Below, one piece after another: positions 19,477 through 28,865 of a stretch of DNA of 64,000 nt (position 1 is its first letter; each line of letters begins with the position of its first letter). The notes below the pieces were generated by a model. It did no database searches, had not been told where the DNA came from, and saw only the letters and a program-made list of their open reading frames with translations. The translations under genes and the position numbers were made by a program. The stretch is taken from positions 21,266 through 85,265 of the forward strand of contig CAYMCO010000015.1 of the NCBI GenBank assembly GCA_964388955.1, written 5' to 3'. This DNA is from an uncultured Anaerolineaceae bacterium. GTDB taxonomy: Bacteria; Chloroflexota; Anaerolineae; Anaerolineales; E44-bin32.

Positions 19477-20169
19477 CTAGTATCCCGCCGCTGGAGCGGG
19501 CTGCGGGGCGAGCGGCGCGGGACTGAAGCCTCTCACGATCAGCCACACGCCCAGGAACAATTCATTCAACAACATGACAAACCCCAGATTTGGCAGGCTC
19601 ACTCCGAAGATCTCGAAGAGGGTATTGGCGAGCACGACCACGGCGCCCAGGAGCCCCCAGATGGAAATAAATCGGGGAACCAGCCTGAGTCGGAACAGCA
19701 TGCCGTAGAACAGCAGCGCCCCGCAGCCCAACGTAATCGAGACCATCTGAAACGCCCACGCGCGCTGTGCCAGCAGCGCAGCGCCGACGGTCTGGGCGGA
19801 GGGCTCAATGGCGGCTCCAAGGCCCACAGCCCCCTCGCTCACCGTCAGCAGGGCTAAGGGTGCGAGATCGGATAGGATCTGCATGACGAACTCGACGATC
19901 CGAAAGCCGATGTATCCGAGCGCCAGGCTCTCGAATCTCCCTTTCAGCACGGGGAACATGTAAACGGCGATGCCCAAGTATGCAAAGGCGTTGACGATCT
20001 CCAGCAGGGCGCCGACGACCAGCTTCGATCGATTTGCAGAAATCAGCGTGAGGTAATCCGGGGCGCTGAGGAGGGGTTCGAGGAAGACTATCGCCCCCAC
20101 CAAAAAGACGACGTTGGAAATGATAAAGAAGGAACCGACCAGCCTGGCAGTACGTCTGCCCGAATTCAT
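19477..20169 (-). CDS. DUF4386-like membrane protein
   Basis: MNSGRRTARLVGSFFIISNVVFLVGAIVFLEPLL...ALLFYGMLFRLRLVPRFISIWGLLGA...NELFLGVWLIVRGF. Confidence 0.7.
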   Translation of the reverse strand: MNSGRRTARLVGSFFIISNVVFLVGAIVFLEPLLSAPDYLTLISANRSKLVVGALLEIVNAFAYLGIAVYMFPVLKGRFESLALGYIGFRIVEFVMQILSDLAPLALLTVSEGAVGLGAAIEPSAQTVGAALLAQRAWAFQMVSITLGCGALLFYGMLFRLRLVPRFISIWGLLGAVVVLANTLFEIFGVSLPNLGFVMLLNELFLGVWLIVRGFSPAPLAPQPAPAAGY

Positions 20170-20240
20170 CTCACATCCTTTCTCCCAAGTTCTACTGCGG
20201 CAAGATCGACTGTCTTCAGCATAGCAAGCGGGGATACCGC

Positions 20241-20277
20241 TGTCATACCCCGAAGGTAGTATTCGTGGGGGTTAAAG
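20241..20277 (-). promoter_or_regulatory. conserved intergenic motif, copy C (37 nt, one inserted base)
   Basis: The plus strand reads TGTCATACCCCGAAGGTAGTATTCGTGGGGGTTAAAG. It lies 72 nt upstream of the start at 20169. Confidence 0.7.
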
Positions 20278-20333
20278 CGGCCAGCAACCAATGCTCAGAA
20301 AGTGGGGATCAGGAGCCCAAGCATTCGCACTGT

Positions 20334-20454
20334 GTAGGCCGGGTTTGCTACCCGGCGAACCTGTGGGGGCGCCCACAAGGGGTGCCCCTACAACTTTCCG
20401 GAATGTCCTTTACGTCACGTGAGCGTGGACGCGCCCTGGCATTCCCCGGCCTAC
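20334..20454. repeat. REP/BIME-like structured GC-rich element
   Basis: Perfect 10-bp terminal inverted repeat GTAGGCCGGG (20334-20343) / CCCGGCCTAC (20445-20454). It encloses the hairpins CCGGGT-TTGCT-ACCCGG (20339-20355) and GGGGCGCCC-ACAAG-GGGTGCCCC (20366-20388). The core recurs at 20948..21001. Confidence 0.55.
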
Positions 20455-20472
20455 GCAAGGGGTCAAGCGCGT

Positions 20473-20838
20473 CTAGACAACCCACCGCCATGCATACCAG
20501 ATTGTTAGCGCGTTGAACACAAAGCTCACGCCGATGAGAAAGTTGTCATACGCGCCCTTGTACGGGAGACCAAAGAGGTTGAAGACGACGACTAGGACCG
20601 CCACGACGATGTTCACCCAGCGTATAGCGGGATAGACCAAAGTCAAAGCCAGCACGCCCATGACGATCGGGATGAGCATCATTGCCGCAATGAACAGCCA
20701 CATGCCGGGGGAAGCCTGGGAGCCCATGATCATTCCCGGTTCGGCATCGCCGGCGAATAGGCGCAGCACGTCACCCCAAAGATAGGTCAGCATCGTGGCG
20801 AACCAAAATCCTGAGATGATGATCCTTGTATCTACCAT
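20473..20838 (-). CDS. small 4-TM membrane protein (DUF6326-like), paralog of 14650..15015
   Basis: MVDTRIIISGFWFATMLTYLWGDVLRLFAGD...NLFGLPYKGAYDNFLIGVSFVFNALTIWYAWRWVV. GGAAAGGAAGGTG lies upstream of ATG 20838. Confidence 0.7.
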   Translation of the reverse strand: MVDTRIIISGFWFATMLTYLWGDVLRLFAGDAEPGMIMGSQASPGMWLFIAAMMLIPIVMGVLALTLVYPAIRWVNIVVAVLVVVFNLFGLPYKGAYDNFLIGVSFVFNALTIWYAWRWVV

Positions 20839-20947
20839 GGCTTGCACCTTCCTTTCCGAATGGCTGGTGGGCCGGCCCGAAGAACGTGAATCGGAGGAGT
20901 CTGAGCGGCGTCAGGCACATGCCCATGGATTCTGAACAGATTCCCTC

Positions 20948-21001
20948 GGGCGCCCACAAGGGACGCCCCTATCTCTGCCGCTCACCAATCTTTCCGGGAT
21001 G
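20948..21001. repeat. second, partial copy of the REP-like core
   Basis: GGGCGCCCACAAGGGACGCCCCTAT ... CTTTCCGGGATG compares with GGGGCGCCCACAAGGGGTGCCCCTAC..CTTTCCGGAATG at 20366-20405. Both are in the same orientation, one on each side of gene 20473..20838. Confidence 0.5.
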
Positions 21002-21202
21002 GCGGTGCAGACGCCCCGGCGGGGTGTCTCTTCAGGTGCGCCCTTGGCTTTCAGGCGCTCGTCGGCCCAGCAGATCATCCCGCGCATAAGACCGCGGGGG
21101 CAAATCACGAATTGCCCTACGAGGCGCGGAAATCGTTCCGGCCAGCATGAAGGAGTGTCTGGGGGGAGGATCGCTCTCTGCAGCCTCTCCGCCTCCCGAT
21201 CA

Positions 21203-22171
21203 TTAGCCCACCGTGAGGACCACCGCCCCTATCTTCCGCCCGGATTCGACATACCTGTGGGCCTCGTCGGCCTGTTCGAGGGGAAAGGACCGATCAACGA
21301 CCGATTTCAGTTCTCCCGCCTCCATGAGCTCTTTGAGGAATATCAGCTCTTCGGTTTTCACTTCCAAGAGCCCGATAATCATCCTCTGGCTGGCCCTGCG
21401 CCGGTACCATAGAATCTGCAGGAGCCTTGGGAGACCAAAGGTTGTGAAGAGATAGTATCCGGACTCCGCCAGCGATCTCCTGCTGCGTGAGATTGCGGTC
21501 TTGCCCACGGTGTCCAGGATCACGTCGTAGGTCTGCCCATTTCGGGTGAAATCCTCTCTAGTATAGTCAATGACCTCATCCGCTCCCAAGGATTTCACGA
21601 ACTCCGCTTTGGGGCCGCTGCACACGCCGGTCACCTCGGCGCCCAAATACTTGGCGAGCTGTACCGCCGCACTGCCCACCCCACCGGATGCGCCGAAGAT
21701 CAGGGCTTTTTGCCCATTCCGGATATTTGCCTTTCTCAAGAAATGCAAAGCCGTCAATGCCCCTTGAAGGACGCTGGCGGCTTCTTCATAACTCACGTTG
21801 GCCGGCTTCAGTGCGGCAGCAGACTCGGGCAGACATGCGTACTCGGCATAGGCGCCGTACCTCATCCCAGGATAGCCAAATATCGGATCCCCCACCGTGA
21901 ACCGTCCCACATCCTCTCCAACGGCCTCCACCTCCCCCGCCAGCTCTGTCCCGAGGATGGTCGCTCTTGGTCTGATCAAGCCCGAACCTATTCGGCTGAG
22001 CAGCCACATCCCGGGAGGCGCCGTGGAACTGCGCATCCAGCAATCGAATTTCGTCGCCGAGGTGGCATACACTCTGACAAGTAGTTCATCTGGCTTCGGG
22101 ATCGGTTTGTCCACCTCCTTGAGCTGCAGGACTTCCGGAGGGCCGTATCGTGTGTACGCAATCGCCTTCAT
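21203..22171 (-). CDS. MDR-family NAD(P)H quinone oxidoreductase
   Basis: [25 protein letters not shown]...[36 protein letters not shown] lies upstream of ATG 22171. Confidence 0.85.
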   Translation of the reverse strand: MKAIAYTRYGPPEVLQLKEVDKPIPKPDELLVRVYATSATKFDCWMRSSTAPPGMWLLSRIGSGLIRPRATILGTELAGEVEAVGEDVGRFTVGDPIFGYPGMRYGAYAEYACLPESAAALKPANVSYEEAASVLQGALTALHFLRKANIRNGQKALIFGASGGVGSAAVQLAKYLGAEVTGVCSGPKAEFVKSLGADEVIDYTREDFTRNGQTYDVILDTVGKTAISRSRRSLAESGYYLFTTFGLPRLLQILWYRRRASQRMIIGLLEVKTEELIFLKELMEAGELKSVVDRSFPLEQADEAHRYVESGRKIGAVVLTVG

Positions 22172-22249
22172 GAGGATTCCTCGCTGCTTCGGTTCCATCT
22201 ACTCATCCCGGGCCTCGGAGGAGTACGCATACCCGAGAAGGGATCCAGG

Positions 22250-22618
22250 TCAATTGAACCCCTTTACGATCAGCCACAGCGCGACCACCAACTCGAATGG
22301 CGCATAAGGGAGGCCCAGCACCATGACCGCGGTGAAATCTCGCTTGAACAGCACGAACAGTACGGGGATCGTCAACAGACCGACGGCGATGAGCCCCCAG
22401 AGGGAGAGCGCCGGTGGAATTGCCCTGGATATATAGAGCAGGTAATACCACAATATCGCGCCCAGGCAGAAGAACCACATATGCATGTCATAGGCCACTC
22501 GATCCACACCATGGCACAAGAAATCCCCCATCGCGTGATGGAACGATGATGCCGGCGCTCCCGCCGCCACGAATTCTTGGCTCAACGGGATGAGCGCATA
22601 GGTGCCGATCTTGCTCAC
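22250..22618 (-). pseudogene. DUF4386-like gene, C-terminal half only
   Basis: (V)SKIGTYALIPLSQEFVAAGAPASSFHHAMGDFLCHGVDR...WFFCLGAILWYYLLYISRAIPPALSLWGL... aligns to residues from about 110 to the end of the 16243..16929 protein. The N-terminal half is missing. The preceding gene's stop (22620) is 1 nt away. Confidence 0.6.
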
Positions 22619-22619
22619 T

Positions 22620-23279
22620 CTAACTCAGGCTGAATGGAGGATAGCGGTCGGTGACCAGTAGAACAACATAAGCCTGCACCCGCAGCCACCAGCGGCCCAC
22701 CCCAACAACGAAATCGAAAAGGGATCTCGGATACCGCCCGGTCAGCAGAATGGCAAACCAAGCCAGGATCACCACGAAGACGCCGGCTACGCTGAGAAAC
22801 GCCAGCACGATGTAGTGCGGGATCGCGAGCAGCCATTTGAACAGCGGGTACCAGCGGTTGAGGTCCGCTTCTACGTTGGGGTAATCGATCTCCAGATGCA
22901 CAGACTGTTCTTCGACGGTGGAGGGGTATAGGTCTGTGAGCAGCGCCCCGTAGGCGGCCACCCGGGCGCCGAAGCGAGCCAGCTCGCGAGAAAAGTCGAA
23001 CCACCAGCGAGGATATCGATATCGAAAGATGATCATCAATGCCGTGGCGGTGGCGAGGCCGCTCACCAGGCCGCCAGCCGTCTCCCGGGTGGTCCTCAGC
23101 ACCTCGCCAGCCTGATTGACATAGATGGTGTTGGTGACCGTCTCACCGGCCCCTGAAACGAGCGCGAGGATGATGCCGATCGGTATGATCCAGAGAATGC
23201 GCAAGAAAGTCGTCAGCCGATCGAGCCTTTCGGGATAATCGATTTGCAGTCGAGCAGGATAGTCCGCGGGATTGTTCAC
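22620..23279 (-). CDS. DUF4389-like membrane protein (two tandem repeats)
   Basis: GTG 23279 with GGAGGTG upstream. NNPADYPARLQIDYPERLDRLTTFLRILWIIPIGIIL...RYPRWWFDF is followed by a second repeat, VHLEIDYPNVEADLNRWYPLFKWLLAIPHYIVLAFL...GRYPRSLFDFVVGVGRWWLRVQAYVVLLVTDRYPPFSL. Confidence 0.65.
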   Translation of the reverse strand: MNNPADYPARLQIDYPERLDRLTTFLRILWIIPIGIILALVSGAGETVTNTIYVNQAGEVLRTTRETAGGLVSGLATATALMIIFRYRYPRWWFDFSRELARFGARVAAYGALLTDLYPSTVEEQSVHLEIDYPNVEADLNRWYPLFKWLLAIPHYIVLAFLSVAGVFVVILAWFAILLTGRYPRSLFDFVVGVGRWWLRVQAYVVLLVTDRYPPFSLS

Positions 23280-23495
23280 AGCACACCTCCATGGGATATG
23301 CCCCGTTACAATACCGGCGCCCAGCATCCGGAGGGCGATTCCGACCTCCGGCGGCAGACGGCGCCGCTGCACTCCGATTAGGATAGATCGTAAATGCGCA
23401 TGTCCCCTCCATTCTGGCATGCGTTTCAGATCGCCCGGATCCGCAGCCGATTGGATTTCTCTTCTAAGAGGAGTTTATGTCCGAGGGGGTGTGGG

Positions 23496-23531
23496 TGTCA
23501 TACCCCAAAGGTGGTATTCGGGGGGTTAAAA
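23496..23531 (-). promoter_or_regulatory. conserved 36-nt intergenic motif, copy D
   Basis: The plus strand reads TGTCATACCCCAAAGGTGGTATTCGGGGGGTTAAAA. It starts 18 nt downstream of the stop of the LuxR-type gene 23549..26338. Confidence 0.7.
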
Positions 23532-23548
23532 GGCGCAGTCACTCGTGA

Positions 23549-26338
23549 TCAGGTCGCGGGCAATAGCCCGAGGGATCTGGCCTCCGCGACCGCCTGGGTG
23601 CGGTTGTTGACCGCGAGCTTGCCGTAGATGTTGCGGGTGTGAACCTTTACCGTATTATGGGAGAGAAACAATCTCCTGGCGATCTCGCGATTCGTCAGCC
23701 CGCGGGCGATGAGCTCGAGCACCTCCAGCTCGCGATCGCTCAATGGCTCAACCAACCGTGATTGATCGACCCCGGTCCTCCCTAGAGCGGCTTCAGTAGA
23801 GACATCAGGTGCAAACGCGGCAAGTAGGGTGCGAACGTACGCCTCCAGCCTGAGGGCATCCGGTCGTATCTTTCCCAACAATGATTTCATCGGCGCACCC
23901 TCGCCGACAAATGCGTGCGCATATCCCTCCGGTTCCGCAAGATCGAGAGCCCGTCCCAGAGAGATGAGCGCTCGAGGGAGCTTGCCCTGGGCTTGAAGCG
24001 CGAGCGCCTGAACCACCAGGATTTCGATCATGCTGCCGATTCTATTGCCATCCTCCGCAGCGTTCAGGAGGCGATCCAGCATTCCAAGTGTATCGCCAAT
24101 CAAACCCTCCGCGTGGGCTCTCTCATGCTCGGCGATCAATATCCTGGCCAGGGTGAGGTGCTCGAACTCGCACAAGTAGCTGGGATCATCGTGAACGGAC
24201 AGGCCCGCCTGCCGCGCCCAAAGCAGGCCTTCGTCCAACTTGCCCTGTCTCAACTTCGTCCGGGCGACCAGCGCCGCCAGGGGGCGTATGTCGGGAATAG
24301 GATGCCGATAATATAGGCGTTGTGCCTCCTCCAGAATCCGCCCAACAGCCTCCAAGTTTCCAGCGGACTCCATCAATCGAGCCCGAGCGAGCACCCAGTG
24401 TCGATACCAGGGGGGGAACGCCGGCAGCTCGCCTAGTTCCTCGCTATTCTCCAGATGCCGTCTGGCCGCTTCCAGATCACCCTGCTCATGGCACAGCTCA
24501 CTCAACCCCAGATGCACGACCGCCATTTCCGGCAGAACGGGTTCCCCCCGCTCCGCAGCCAAATCCAGGAGCTGTATATAGGTTTGTTTCGCTTCGTTGA
24601 GACGGCCCTGGGCGATCATGATGTCCGCCAAATACGAGGTGAAGCTGATGACGAAAGGGAGCTTTCCTAGAAGCCGCATATAGGATATGGCATCGGAGAT
24701 CGCCCGGTGGGCCGCCTCCAAATCCCCGGTCGACCAGTATGCGAACCCCGGGAGGATGGCTGAGAGACTGCGCTCGAAATAGTCATCGTCAGGCAGGAGG
24801 TCGAGCGCCCGTTGAGCGTAGGACACAGTGCCGGCGACGTCTCCGAGCGCCTGAGTGAGATAGGCGCGTGCATTGGCTATGGATCCCGACAGTGATCGCC
24901 GTTCCTGCTCGCTCAGGGCTGCCGTGTGGCCCGATGGGGGATCGGATTGGTGATTTCTGGCTGCTGTTGAGTCCAACCATCGTTCGGCATCCCGCAGACG
25001 GAGGTCGGCGCCCTCCAGATCGCCGAAATCTATCAATGACCAGCCATAGCCCGCGCTGAGTAGAGGCCTGGAACGAACAACTTCGTCTGGAATGGCCTCC
25101 ACCCATCGCAGCCAGTAGAGTCCCCCGTAGTTCATGTGCATTTCACGCCAGGCTGTTTCGGCCAAGCAGGCTGCTCGCTCATGATCCTTGGCTCTCAGAG
25201 CATGCTCTATCGCCTGCTCGGTGAACCTATTGGCCTCATACCACTCACTGGCCCTCAAGTGCAGGGTTGGTTGTTGTTGGGGTTGGGCTTGGCGCAAGCG
25301 TTGGCGCAATAGATCGGCGAAGAGATGATGATAGCGATACCAACGCCGCTCGTTGTCCAGGGGAACGACAAACAGATTCACATGCTCGAGATATTCAAGG
25401 ATCTCCTGACCATTGTTCTGGCCGGTCAGGGCATCGCATAGTGACCCGTTCAGCCTCTCCAGAATCGCAGTCTGGAGCAGAAAGGCTTGAATGCCTTCCG
25501 ATTGTTGATGCAGCACTTCTTCCAGCAAATAATCGAGCACGAGCCGGTGGCTGCCGGTAAACGATTTGATCAGTTCGCTCTTGTCTTCCTTGCCACGCAG
25601 TGAGATGGCAGCCAATTGCAGCCCCGCGATCCAGCCCTCCGTGCGTCTCTCGAGTGCGGCGATGTCTTCGTCCAGCAGATCCAACCCCATGACCTGGTTT
25701 AGGAATGCGGCAGCTTCGGCTGTGGTGAAGCGGAGATCCCCTGCGCGCAGCTCCGTCAACTGGTCAGCCACCCGCAGCTTTGCGATCGGCAACTCCGGGT
25801 CCATGCGTGTCAGGATGACGATGTGCATCTGTGGCGGCAAGTGTTCAAGGAAATAGGTGAGCGCCGCAATCACATCGGGCGCCTCGATGTGATGGAAATC
25901 GTCCATGACCACGAGGGCCCGATTCTCGAAGCCCTCGAACTCGTTGATCAGAGCGGTGAGCACGGCCTCGGCCGGGGGAGGGTGCGGCGATTGGAGCATA
26001 TCCAGCAGACGGCCTTTCTCGGGCGATTCAAGGCCCTTGACCCTGAGGAGTGCCGTGATCAGGTACGTCAGGAATCTGGCCGGATCATTGTCCGCCTCGT
26101 CCAGCGAATACCAGGCAATTTGAAGGCGGTTCGGGTCTGAATCTCGGGAGTGGGCCCGGAGCATCTCCACCCATTCGCTGATGACCGAAGTCTTGCCGAA
26201 GCCGGCGGGGGCGGAGATAAGGATCAATCTACGATGCAATCCATCGTTCAAACGCTCGATCAGACGCGGCCGAGCAACGCGTTTGGATCGAGCGGGCGGG
26301 ACATACAGCTTCGTGTACAGGATCTCTTCGTCGGGCAC
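23549..26338 (-). CDS. MalT-like STAND ATPase / LuxR-family transcriptional regulator
   Basis: 929 aa. N-terminal P-loop LILISAPAGFGKT, a long helical/TPR-like middle region, and a C-terminal LuxR HTH LSDRELEVLELIARGLTNREIARRLFLSHNTVKVHTRNIYGKLAVNNRTQAV. Confidence 0.85.
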   Translation of the reverse strand: MPDEEILYTKLYVPPARSKRVARPRLIERLNDGLHRRLILISAPAGFGKTSVISEWVEMLRAHSRDSDPNRLQIAWYSLDEADNDPARFLTYLITALLRVKGLESPEKGRLLDMLQSPHPPPAEAVLTALINEFEGFENRALVVMDDFHHIEAPDVIAALTYFLEHLPPQMHIVILTRMDPELPIAKLRVADQLTELRAGDLRFTTAEAAAFLNQVMGLDLLDEDIAALERRTEGWIAGLQLAAISLRGKEDKSELIKSFTGSHRLVLDYLLEEVLHQQSEGIQAFLLQTAILERLNGSLCDALTGQNNGQEILEYLEHVNLFVVPLDNERRWYRYHHLFADLLRQRLRQAQPQQQPTLHLRASEWYEANRFTEQAIEHALRAKDHERAACLAETAWREMHMNYGGLYWLRWVEAIPDEVVRSRPLLSAGYGWSLIDFGDLEGADLRLRDAERWLDSTAARNHQSDPPSGHTAALSEQERRSLSGSIANARAYLTQALGDVAGTVSYAQRALDLLPDDDYFERSLSAILPGFAYWSTGDLEAAHRAISDAISYMRLLGKLPFVISFTSYLADIMIAQGRLNEAKQTYIQLLDLAAERGEPVLPEMAVVHLGLSELCHEQGDLEAARRHLENSEELGELPAFPPWYRHWVLARARLMESAGNLEAVGRILEEAQRLYYRHPIPDIRPLAALVARTKLRQGKLDEGLLWARQAGLSVHDDPSYLCEFEHLTLARILIAEHERAHAEGLIGDTLGMLDRLLNAAEDGNRIGSMIEILVVQALALQAQGKLPRALISLGRALDLAEPEGYAHAFVGEGAPMKSLLGKIRPDALRLEAYVRTLLAAFAPDVSTEAALGRTGVDQSRLVEPLSDRELEVLELIARGLTNREIARRLFLSHNTVKVHTRNIYGKLAVNNRTQAVAEARSLGLLPAT

Positions 26339-26629
26339 GCGCCCCCCTGGTGCCCAGTATATATCCCGGGGAGCGGGTGTTCAAGGCGTCATAACTCCAG
26401 CAATTCATGAAAACCGTTATCTGCTCTCCACACACAGGATGAACTGGAGGGCGTGAGCCCCACGGTCGCCCGAAACGCCAGGAGCATCACGGGTGGACGC
26501 TGCCGCGGTTGTGCATATCAAAGATCGCGATCTGATCATCGGCCGCAAGCGGGGCTTTGAATTCATTGGACAAGCGGATCAGATCCAATTCTCATACAAT
26601 AGTCCATCGAGACGACTGAACATGGGCGA

Positions 26630-27277
26630 ATGAAAGACTGTGACATGGAGATAGAGCCGTTTGTTGAAGGCCTGGTTGCGGGCTACGGGATCGCGATCCC
26701 GGTGGGGGCGGTCGCGGTGTTGATCGTCAATACGAGCATTCAATGCGGCTTTCGGGTCGGATTCTTTGCTGGCGCCGGCGCGGCGACCGCCGATTTCATC
26801 TACGCCATCCTGGCAGGCCTCGCCGGGGCCGCGCTGGAGCGGTTCCTTCACCCCGCCGCGGTGGCCCTGCACTTCACGAGCGGGATCGTGATCATCCTGC
26901 TGGCGGCATCCATCTTCCGCCGGGGTTTGGCGCGGCCAGGTGACGAGGAAGAGTCTGCACTGATCTGCGGACCGATGCGCATGTACTTGCAGTTCCTTGG
27001 CATCACAATCATCAACCCGCTCACGGTCGTGTACTTCACCGCCCTGATCCTTGGAAGCGATCCAAGGGAAGCGCTCAGCCCCTCAGCGGTTGGTCTCTTT
27101 GTGTTGGGAGTGGGCGTCGCCTCCCTTTCCTGGCAAACGTTTCTTGCAGGTCTGGGAGGGCTTGCCCGGGATCGACTGCCCCGTAGCTTCCGCCGGCTCA
27201 CCGCCCTGGCCGGGGGTCTCTTGGTGGCGGTGCTTGGGTTGAGAGTCCTGGTTTCGGCGATGCTTGAATACACATAG
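26630..27277 (+). CDS. LysE/RhtB-family amino-acid exporter
   Basis: Hydrophobic, about 210 aa. FVEGLVAGYGIAIPVGAVAVLIVNTSIQCGFRVGFFAGAGAATADFIYAILA is typical of the LysE/ArgO family. The start is ATG 26630 or 26645. Confidence 0.65.
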   Translation: MKDCDMEIEPFVEGLVAGYGIAIPVGAVAVLIVNTSIQCGFRVGFFAGAGAATADFIYAILAGLAGAALERFLHPAAVALHFTSGIVIILLAASIFRRGLARPGDEEESALICGPMRMYLQFLGITIINPLTVVYFTALILGSDPREALSPSAVGLFVLGVGVASLSWQTFLAGLGGLARDRLPRSFRRLTALAGGLLVAVLGLRVLVSAMLEYT

Positions 27278-27348
27278 CCCGTCCCGCAAGGGTCGTTTGG
27301 AGCAGCTACTCTGGGGGCGGTGTGGATCCGAATCCGGACGGAGTGATC

Positions 27349-27627
27349 CTAATCGATCCGAATCGCAAGAATGGTGGTGTCATCGGACAAGGGTGTTCCG
27401 CCTGCAAAACTATCCAATCGGTGCCTGATCTCTCGAATCGTATCGGCAGGGGATGCCAGATAGAGCCCCTCTACTATGTCTTGCAGGCGCCGCATTCCGA
27501 ACATCTCCTCCGCCGGGTTGGTCGCCCCTACAAGCCCGTCGGTGTACATCAAGAGCAGGTCACCCGATCCCATCTGTATCGACCCTTCAAGACTCTTGGG
27601 GTTCAACCTCCTCACCCCTGGCAACAT
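27349..27627 (-). pseudogene. PP2C/SpoIIE-type phosphatase, C-terminal fragment only
   Basis: GDLLLMYTDGLVGATNPAEEMFGMRRL...GTPLSDDTTILAIRI are the last conserved blocks of a SpoIIE/PPM domain. No N-terminal part is present. The 5' end overlaps the preceding gene. Confidence 0.6.
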
Positions 27628-27850
27628 GGATCACCGATATCAGCGGCAGTCCGAGAGAGTACAGCCGGCGCAGCATCCCGTGGAGGGCGGCCTGATCCAA
27701 TGCCCCGGCCAAGGTTGTCACGGGGGGGCCATCCCCCTCGCGCTCAAAGCTGATCACCATCCCCTCCACCCATTCCGCTCCGCGCAGGTCGATCTCCCCA
27801 GGCACTCTGATCTCGTAGTTGGCGGGCTGATCCAGGGAAAGCTTCTTCAT
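27587..27850 (-). CDS. small conserved protein (87 aa), unknown function
   Basis: MKKLSLDQPANYEIRVPGEIDLRGAEWVEGMVISFEREGDGPPVTTLAGALDQAALHGMLRRLYSLGLPLISV. ATG 27850 is 14 nt after the QOR stop. The DQAALHG.L..L..LGLPL.SV pattern recurs in small proteins of GC-rich bacteria, as far as I remember. Confidence 0.55.
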   Translation of the reverse strand: MKKLSLDQPANYEIRVPGEIDLRGAEWVEGMVISFEREGDGPPVTTLAGALDQAALHGMLRRLYSLGLPLISVIHVARGEEVEPQES

Positions 27851-27863
27851 GGTCCCTTTCAAT

Positions 27864-28814
27864 TCACATCTCGATGATGAGTTTGCCTTGAGTGTGCCCC
27901 CCTGCAAGTTGGTGCAGAGCGGATGGGAGCTCAGCGAGAGTATAGCACCGGCCAATCCACGGTCGGATTCTACCCCTCTCAAGGAGTTCTTTGATGATTC
28001 CGAGGTCCCCCTTGGTCGGCCGCTTTGGCTGCAGCGGCACCATCCTTCTGCCGGCACGCATGGACCGGATCCTTCCCACCACGGCAAGGGCTGGAGTGAA
28101 CTCGGTCGTGATAAAGACGCCATGGGGCCTGAGGGCGCAGCGGCATTCGGCGAACGTGCGCTTCGCGGCGACATCAAAAATGAGGTCATAGCGCCCGCCG
28201 TCTTGGGTGAAGTCGTCTTGTGTGTAATCGAGGGCGTGGTCCGCGCCCAACTCCTGCACCATTTCGAGATTGTCAGTGCTGCACACACCGGTCACCTCGG
28301 CCCCGTAGGATTTCGCAATCTGCACTGCGAAGCTCCCCACGCCACCGGATGCCCCGTTGATCAGGGCCTTCTGCCCCTCCCTGATCGCCCCCACGTCCCG
28401 CAGCGCGTGCAGGGCTGTGGAGGCTGCCGCCCCAACAGCCGCAGCCGCCTCGAAGGTCAAACCCCCCGGTTTGAGCTGGATTTCATCCCTTTTGACACAC
28501 GCATATTCGGCAAAGCACCCGTTGCCGGTGGACCCGAAAACCTCATCTCCCGGCTGGAAATCGGTTACACAGGGCCCAGCAGCCTCGACCCGCCCGGCCA
28601 AGTCTATCCCCAGCACCTCGTGCTTCGGCTTGAAGAAACCGGCCATAATACGCGTGATAAATGGTGACCCGGTGAGGAAGTGCCAGTCGAGCCAGTTGAC
28701 GGAAGCGGCATGGACTTTGACCAGGACCTCATTGACATCGACGGAGGGTACATCGATTTCCTGGAGCCGGAGCCCTTCGGGGGGGCCATACCTATCGTAG
28801 ACCATTGCCTTCAT
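27864..28814 (-). CDS. MDR-family NAD(P)H quinone oxidoreductase
   Basis: MKAMVYDRYGPPEGLRLQEIDVPS...[30 protein letters not shown]. It is the fourth paralog. Confidence 0.85.
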   Translation of the reverse strand: MKAMVYDRYGPPEGLRLQEIDVPSVDVNEVLVKVHAASVNWLDWHFLTGSPFITRIMAGFFKPKHEVLGIDLAGRVEAAGPCVTDFQPGDEVFGSTGNGCFAEYACVKRDEIQLKPGGLTFEAAAAVGAAASTALHALRDVGAIREGQKALINGASGGVGSFAVQIAKSYGAEVTGVCSTDNLEMVQELGADHALDYTQDDFTQDGGRYDLIFDVAAKRTFAECRCALRPHGVFITTEFTPALAVVGRIRSMRAGRRMVPLQPKRPTKGDLGIIKELLERGRIRPWIGRCYTLAELPSALHQLAGGHTQGKLIIEM

Positions 28815-28865
28815 GGCGTTGCCGTGCCTTTCCCATTGGAGCCCTGCTTCAGCCTCAATCGCTCT

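Noticed and set aside
23377-23400. 7-codon mini-ORF (MRIYDLS) with GGAGGGG upstream, in the 217-nt leader between motif D and the DUF4389 gene
   Set aside because: The SD-ATG spacing is only about 4 nt and there is no equivalent mini-ORF in the other motif leaders. It is probably a chance occurrence.
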